NCBI GenBank assembly: GCA_046757525.1 | Contig: JBHHYI010000123.1 | Location: forward strand, 1-12,436 | DNA length: 12,436 bases | Source: a bacterium | GTDB lineage: Bacteria > Zhuqueibacterota > Zhuqueibacteria > Oceanimicrobiales > Oceanimicrobiaceae | Reading direction: 5' to 3' | Shown: piece after piece, positions 7,803 to 12,436 of the stretch | Numbering within the stretch: position 1 is the stretch's first letter | Layout: every line of letters begins with the position of its first letter | Notes under the pieces: generated by a model | The model's database searches: none | Seen by the model: only the letters and a program-made list of their open reading frames with translations | Told to the model about the DNA's origin: nothing | Translations under genes and position numbers: made by a program

Positions 7803-7846
7803 AAAAACAAAAGGCCAGTGTGTTAAATAAACTTACACTGGCCTTT
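7803..7846 (-). terminator. Rho-independent terminator
   Basis: Perfect 12-bp stem AAAGGCCAGTGT/ACACTGGCCTTT (7810-7821, 7835-7846), followed on the minus strand by TGTTTTT; about 70 bp after the 7915 stop. Confidence 0.85.
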
Positions 7847-7914
7847 AGGGAAAGGGGATGGGACGAAATTCCGAAGTCGTTTCTAAGCTATCGAGTCAAT
7901 TTTATCGGTCTTAT

Positions 7915-8145
7915 TTATAACACTTCAACAAATCTTATGATTTTAGAGGATATGGGCTTTTTCAATTCGGCCCTCAATATCTGGTAAAAAAATTTCAACC
8001 TGAAATAATATTTATAACACCTGAAGCAAGCTCTAAAATGGCTGACCACATGCGATTGCTGCACGGGATACTCCACCTGCTCCTGCAAAACAAACCTCTC
8101 CATCTCAATTTCCTTAAGGCAAACCTGTACCTGCTGATGATTCAA
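7915..8145 (-). CDS. Small zf-HC2/ZAS-like zinc-finger protein (anti-sigma-like)
   Basis: C-x26-H-x3-C-x2-C motif (CLKEIEMERFV...SHFRACFRC). Preferred start is TTG 8145, 6 nt after AGGGGTGAG (76 aa); the longest ORF starts at TTG 8211. Lies between the upstream gene and the terminator. Confidence 0.65.
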   Translation of the reverse strand: MNHQQVQVCLKEIEMERFVLQEQVEYPVQQSHVVSHFRACFRCYKYYFRLKFFYQILRAELKKPISSKIIRFVEVL

Positions 8146-8265
8146 GATATTCTCACCCCTGTCGTTGTCAGTAGAATAGTCCGTATTGCGTTGAGCCTTA
8201 AGGCGCCTCAATTATCAAGTCACAATTTAACTATATATACACACACTCCTTTCGTTTACGGAAAA

Positions 8266-9432
8266 TTATAATAGCTCCATTAGAGATTCTCTGAACCACT
8301 TTTTTATCAGTTTACCCAGGTACTCAAAAATGGTCCGTTCCTGAGTGCGATACACCTTTTGAGTTAGCTCAGGCATGTAGCGCTTGAGGTGACGAAAATA
8401 GGAATCGTATTTCTTACCCTGGCTGATGTCTTCCAGGATGTCGCAAAGCGCGCAGTAATAAATGGTACCTTTTGAAGCAGAAATCTTCTCCGTCTTTACA
8501 TATTGATTCTGGATTTTTTCTTTAATCTTTTGCAAGACCGCGATCTTCCTTTTGTCGATTTCCTTGAGCTTGAGTTCGTCGAAAGGTGATGGGTCTTGCA
8601 CCTGGGTTGTCAGGCGGTCACGGGCTAACTCTATGCTGGTGTTGCGCATGATGCGGGCAATCATGTCCACGGGGAGATAGTTTTGGTACCTTTCGTCCTC
8701 ACCTACCACTTTCAACATCTTACGGATCCCGGTCGAAACCGGATCCTTCGGACAAAATAGGTTCAGGTACTCCCCGCGTAAGGATTTCTCCGGAATAGAA
8801 GGTTGCTCTCTGCGCAGGTGGGAAGGATTTGAATGGGTTTTGCCGTTATTCTTGTCGTTGGCCTGCGAAGGCCGATTGCGGCTATGCCGACCGTTCGTCC
8901 CACTGTTGTCGGATCCGTTATGAACGCCGTTGCCATTGCAATTGTTTAAATAGATATATTCTCGTCCCATTTCTTTGAACGTACCAAAATCCGAAGCGCT
9001 TTTGATGGCGACTTTGATGTTTCTGACGATCTTCGCCCCCTCGGGATCTCGCTCTTTAAAAATTCTGGACAACTCTTGTTTGGTTTTCTTGATGACTAAC
9101 CTACGCAGCAGAACCAGAATTTCCACATCATCCATTTCTTCCAGACAGCTCGAATTGTGATGAAAATACTTGTTGAGCTGAATGAACTCTCCCCTGTCAT
9201 TCCGCATAAACAAGCCGGCGACACAATCAAGTGCCAGGTCTTCCAGTTCCCCCGTTTGATTTCTGCGCTCCCAACGAATATGTTTGCCGATCACCTCCTG
9301 GTATTTTAGATAACTAAGTGAAATTTTTTGGACAAGATTAACGAATTCAATTAACTCGGATTCTTTGTACTTGCCATTACAAATGGATCCTACAAGACCG
9401 GATAGCTTGCTGCTCTTAATGATGCTGTTCAT
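8266..9432 (-). CDS. Hypothetical helical basic protein with a sigma70 region-2-like segment (possible highly divergent ECF-type sigma factor)
   Basis: Long ORF, real as a CDS; function inferred. ELEDLALDCVAGLF and LRRLVIKKTKQELSRIF resemble ECF regions 2.2 and 2.4. Start set at ATG 9432 (purine-rich AAGGGGAAAAGGGAG upstream) because TTG 9483 falls inside the sigma54 promoter. Confidence 0.6.
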   Translation of the reverse strand: MNSIIKSSKLSGLVGSICNGKYKESELIEFVNLVQKISLSYLKYQEVIGKHIRWERRNQTGELEDLALDCVAGLFMRNDRGEFIQLNKYFHHNSSCLEEMDDVEILVLLRRLVIKKTKQELSRIFKERDPEGAKIVRNIKVAIKSASDFGTFKEMGREYIYLNNCNGNGVHNGSDNSGTNGRHSRNRPSQANDKNNGKTHSNPSHLRREQPSIPEKSLRGEYLNLFCPKDPVSTGIRKMLKVVGEDERYQNYLPVDMIARIMRNTSIELARDRLTTQVQDPSPFDELKLKEIDKRKIAVLQKIKEKIQNQYVKTEKISASKGTIYYCALCDILEDISQGKKYDSYFRHLKRYMPELTQKVYRTQERTIFEYLGKLIKKWFRESLMELL

Positions 9433-9478
9433 AGGCTCCCTTTTCCCCTTCATTGTTAAGAATTGATTCTTCTGTTTC

Positions 9479-9494
9479 AGCAAAATCTATACCA
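9479..9494 (-). promoter_or_regulatory. Sigma54 (-24/-12) promoter
   Basis: Minus strand reads TGGTATAGATTTTGCT, with exact GG-N10-GC spacing, matching TGGYAYR-N4-TTGCW; predicted TSS near 9468. Confidence 0.8.
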
Positions 9495-9585
9495 CCACCT
9501 CGATCTGAAAGAACTAAAATTTGTAGCAAATAGCTACGTTAATTCGTTATTACGCCGCGGGCGGCAGCATTTCTGTTACTATTTT

Positions 9586-9620
9586 TGTGCTCACCTGAAA
9601 CATTGTCTCACGCTGAGACT
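9586..9620. promoter_or_regulatory. Candidate tandem upstream activating sequences for a bEBP
   Basis: Two adjacent 17-bp dyads, TGTGCTCACCTGAAACA (9586-9602, imperfect) and TGTCTCACGCTGAGACT (9604-9620, core GTCTCA-N3-TGAGAC), about 120-150 bp upstream of the predicted sigma54 TSS. Confidence 0.6.
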
Positions 9621-9648
9621 AAAATTAGATTAAATTGTACACGATAAT

Positions 9649-9676
9649 AAAAAAGCCGCGAAACATTTTCGTGGCT
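9649..9676 (-). terminator. Rho-independent terminator of the NtrC-type gene
   Basis: Minus strand AGCCACGAAA-ATG-TTTCGCGGCT (one mismatch) followed by TTTTTATT; about 45 bp after the stop at 9720. Confidence 0.65.
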
Positions 9677-9719
9677 CGTAGATTTTTTCTATTTCGGATT
9701 CGGAGTAGGTGGGTCGGTT

Positions 9720-11102
9720 CTATTTCAGCATCGGCAAACCGTATTTCTTGGCCTTCCGGTAGATGGTTGCCCTCCCGATGCCTAACTTCTTGGCGGTTTG
9801 CGAGATGTTGCCTTCACATTCAAGCAACGCCTGTCGCAAAGCTTCTTCCTCCAATTTTTCGATCCAGCTCGAAAGGGTGTTGTCGGATTCGTAGATTTTC
9901 TTTTCGCCCAGAGAACGCACGGAAGCTGGCAGGTCCTTTGAGATGATTTCAGGTGGGTTCGCCAGAACCACAGCCCGTTCGATGGCATTTTCCAGTTCAC
10001 GCACGTTGCCAGGCCAGTGGTAGGCCATGAGCAACTCTAAGGCGTCTGGAGAGATGCCTTCGATTTCCTTGCCCTCTTGTTCGGCATATTTGGTCAGGAA
10101 ATGGGCTGCCAGCAACGGAATATCTTCCTTGCGTTCACGCAACGCCGGCAGCTTGATCGGGAATACGGAAATTCTGTAATACAGGTCTTCTCTGAAGTCA
10201 TTGGTCTTAACGGCTTCTTCCAGGTCCTTATTGGTTGCAGATATGATCCGGGTATCTACTTTCACCAGCTCGTTGCCGCCAACGCGTTCAAACTCGCGCT
10301 CCTGCAATACGCGCAGCACTTTGGCCTGGGTCGCCTGCGTCATCAGGCCAATTTCATCCAGAAAGATGGTACCGTTGTTGGCCTGTTCAAATTTGCCAAT
10401 TCTGCGACTGGTGGCCCCAGTAAACGAGCCCTTCTCATGACCAAACAGCTCGCTCTCCAACAAGGACTCGGGTAAGGCACTACAATTGACCGCCACAAAG
10501 GGATGATTGTGCCTTTGCTTGTGGTGGTAATGAATCGCCCGCGCAATCAGCTCTTTGCCGGTGCCGCTTTCTCCCTGAATGAGTACTGTCACATTGCTGT
10601 CGACGACTTTTTCCATAGCCCGGAAAACTTCTTGCATGACCCCGCTTTGGCCGATTATGTTTTTGAACTCATAGCGGTCCCGCAATTCCATCTTGAGTTG
10701 ATCCACCTCCCGTTTCAGAGAGGAGGTCATTAGTGCGTTGTTCACGGTGACCAGCAAACGATCGCTGGCGAACGGCTTGCTGATAAAATCATAAGCTCCC
10801 AATTTCATGGACTGCACGGCTTTTTCAATCGTTCCGTGTGCAGACATCATGACCACAGGAATTCTCGGCTGCGTTTCACGAATCTGTTTCAGAGTTTCTA
10901 TTCCGTCGATGCCAGGCATCTGAATGTCCAAGAGGATCAAATCCGGCTGCGATTCTCTAATAGTTTTTAGACAGGCTTCTCCGTTGGTAGCAGTGTGAAT
11001 CTCATAGGAGCGTTCTTTGCGCAGATTGATTTCGATCATCTTGCAAATATTCTTATCATCATCAACGACCAATATCTTGTATTTAGGTACCCGCCTACTC
11101 AC
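9720..11102 (-). CDS. Sigma54-dependent transcriptional activator, NtrC/AtoC family (REC - AAA+ - Fis HTH)
   Basis: Intact receiver (VVDDD, LILLDIQMP, SKPF); Walker A GESGTGKE; ESELFGHEKGSFTGA; Walker B IFLDEI; FREDLYYRI; WPGNVRELEN; HTH GNISQTAKKLGIGRATIYRK. GTG start with SD GGAGAGA. Confidence 0.97.
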   Translation of the reverse strand: MSRRVPKYKILVVDDDKNICKMIEINLRKERSYEIHTATNGEACLKTIRESQPDLILLDIQMPGIDGIETLKQIRETQPRIPVVMMSAHGTIEKAVQSMKLGAYDFISKPFASDRLLVTVNNALMTSSLKREVDQLKMELRDRYEFKNIIGQSGVMQEVFRAMEKVVDSNVTVLIQGESGTGKELIARAIHYHHKQRHNHPFVAVNCSALPESLLESELFGHEKGSFTGATSRRIGKFEQANNGTIFLDEIGLMTQATQAKVLRVLQEREFERVGGNELVKVDTRIISATNKDLEEAVKTNDFREDLYYRISVFPIKLPALRERKEDIPLLAAHFLTKYAEQEGKEIEGISPDALELLMAYHWPGNVRELENAIERAVVLANPPEIISKDLPASVRSLGEKKIYESDNTLSSWIEKLEEEALRQALLECEGNISQTAKKLGIGRATIYRKAKKYGLPMLK

Positions 11103-11177
11103 TTCATCTCTCCAAATAAATCTTAAATGCTCTAAAATTAAAAAATTTTAATAACATATAGTATTGGGATTGCTGCT

Positions 11178-11206
11178 AAAATACAAAATAATGCTTTAAT
11201 TTACAA
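11178..11206 (-). promoter_or_regulatory. Possible sigma70 promoter for the NtrC-type gene
   Basis: TTGTAA (11206-11201), 17-bp spacer, TATTTT (11183-11178) in an AT-rich intergenic region, where chance matches are likely. Confidence 0.45.
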
Positions 11207-11303
11207 GATTTTTTTATTTTCTTGAGCAAAATTGTGGGTATTTTGAATATCGTCACGGACGAATATTCCCTTTAACCTGCCATTGCGAGGCGGCCTGGTC
11301 CAT

Positions 11304-12293
11304 TCAAGTGTTTTGTTTTTCAATGGTTCGGGTTATGTCAATAGCAAGCTGCAAGACCCGTTTGCCCGCCACACCGTCCACTGGCGGACTGGCACCAGAA
11401 CGGACACACTGGAGAAAGGCAGATAGTTCTGATTTCAAGGGGTCCACGCTGGGCACCTCCAGATCCTCGTAGGCTATGTAGTTTTCTACCCCGTTCCTTT
11501 TGAACGATCCCAGCAAAACGGTTCGATGGTTGGGAGATGCAACGGGTTTCTTGCACAACCGGTAAATTCCCGCGCTTCGGTTCATGAAGTCCAGGCTAAT
11601 GTAAGCATCCTTTTGGAAAAGACGCATCCCGCGGATCCGTTTTTGCGAGATCCGACTGGCAGTGACATTGGCAACGCAGCCATTTTTAAACTGAATTCTG
11701 GCATTGGCAATATCGATCTCGGAGGAGACCACAGCCACGCCGCTGGCTTCAAAGCTTGCGACTGAACTGTCCACCAGATTCAAAATGATGTCGAGGTCGT
11801 GAATCATCAGATCCAGGACCACGGCCACATCGGTGCCCCGTTTGTTGAACGTAGCCAATCGACGGGCTTCGATGAACCTGGGGTGCAACGCTTCGCGATT
11901 CAAGGCCGCCAATGCCGGGTTGAACCGTTCAATATGCCCCACCTGCAAGATCGACTTCCTGTCATCGGCGATTCGAATGAGCTCTTCCGCCTCTTCCACT
12001 TCGGCTGTGATCGGTTTTTCTACAAACACGTGCACATTATTCGCCAGAGCTTTTTTGACCACCTCATGATGGCTGCGGGTGGGCACCGCCACGATAACCG
12101 CCTGCACCTGCGACAACAGGGCGTCCAGCGTGGCATAGGACTTTACCTTGAACTTGCTGGCGACGCTCCGACTTTTTTCGAAATCGAGATCGAAAACGCC
12201 TTGAAGATCGACCTCTGCCAGGTCCATGAGCGCCGAACAATGCATAGTGCCCAGGTGCCCAACTCCAATCTGACCCACCTTGATTCTTCCCAA
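11304..12293 (-). CDS. Gfo/Idh/MocA family NAD-dependent oxidoreductase, GnnA-like (UDP-GlcNAc 3-dehydrogenase-like)
   Basis: Rossmann GVGHLG, HVFVEKP, LQVGHIERFNPA, RGTDVAVVLDLMIHDLD and ANVTASRIS motifs; TTG start behind SD GAGGAGG. Confidence 0.9.
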   Translation of the reverse strand: MGRIKVGQIGVGHLGTMHCSALMDLAEVDLQGVFDLDFEKSRSVASKFKVKSYATLDALLSQVQAVIVAVPTRSHHEVVKKALANNVHVFVEKPITAEVEEAEELIRIADDRKSILQVGHIERFNPALAALNREALHPRFIEARRLATFNKRGTDVAVVLDLMIHDLDIILNLVDSSVASFEASGVAVVSSEIDIANARIQFKNGCVANVTASRISQKRIRGMRLFQKDAYISLDFMNRSAGIYRLCKKPVASPNHRTVLLGSFKRNGVENYIAYEDLEVPSVDPLKSELSAFLQCVRSGASPPVDGVAGKRVLQLAIDITRTIEKQNT

Positions 12294-12366
12294 CGAACCT
12301 CCTCAACTCAAGAGTCTAAAGCTCAAGCAAATACAAAATAAGCGCCAGGCAAAATTTGTTAGACAG

Positions 12367-12395
12367 AATATATCATAAAAAGATTTCGGAAGCAA
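12367..12395 (-). promoter_or_regulatory. Sigma70-type promoter with extended -10 for the oxidoreductase
   Basis: TTGCTT (12395-12390), 17-bp spacer ending TGA, TATATT (12372-12367). Confidence 0.6.
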
Positions 12396-12436
12396 CAGAT
12401 TTTTGAATTCCAAATCGCTTGATTTCTTTTCCTTTA

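Noticed and set aside
8232..8246. Dinucleotide tract as a phase-variation switch for the zinc-finger ORF
   Set aside because: The tract is short, and in-frame TGA TAA at 8217-8212 would block fusion whatever the repeat number.
8038..8271. 77-aa Leu-rich plus-strand ORF as the real gene in this gap
   Set aside because: No SD or motif; the opposite-strand ORF has a ZAS signature, an SD, operon orientation and a matching terminator.
9433..9483. TTG 9483 start for the 405-aa ORF
   Set aside because: The codon lies within the -12 element of the sigma54 promoter, upstream of the predicted TSS.
9523..9540. Second sigma54-like site (minus AACGTAGCTATTTGCTA) and small GTAGC/GCTAC dyad
   Set aside because: It has TTGC but lacks GG at -24, and the 5-bp dyad is too short to support.
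10413..10430. GSFTGA instead of GAFTGA in the bEBP
   Set aside because: Common natural variant that keeps the critical Phe-Thr, so it is not evidence of sigma54 independence.
11799..12341. 180-aa plus-strand ORF and the other short overlapping ORFs in the track
   Set aside because: Antisense or alternative-frame shadows of well-supported genes.

Overview
Bacterial chromosomal window in which every credible gene lies on the minus strand; the gene families are compatible with an FCB-type lineage such as KSB1/Calditrichota (inference only). Reading in transcription order, right to left: (1) a Gfo/Idh/MocA (GnnA-like) dehydrogenase; (2) an NtrC-type sigma54 activator followed by its terminator; (3) a candidate tandem enhancer and a near-consensus sigma54 promoter in front of a ~388-aa protein with a sigma region-2-like segment and a small HxxxCxxC zinc-finger (ZAS anti-sigma-like) ORF, closed by a strong terminator; (4) a sigma70-driven six-gene operon with two REC-DUF4388 proteins whose phospho-acceptor Asp is Glu in both, two degenerate MglA/CvnD-like GTPase domains (one fused, one free-standing), cystathionine beta-synthase, cystathionine gamma-lyase and a membrane-anchored HExxH metallopeptidase; (5) a cluster of nested palindromic REP-like elements at the left end. 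The best candidates for undescribed biology are the pseudo-receiver/pseudo-GTPase module and the bEBP to sigma54 to atypical sigma/anti-sigma cascade. All calls come from motif reading by eye; no searches were run.
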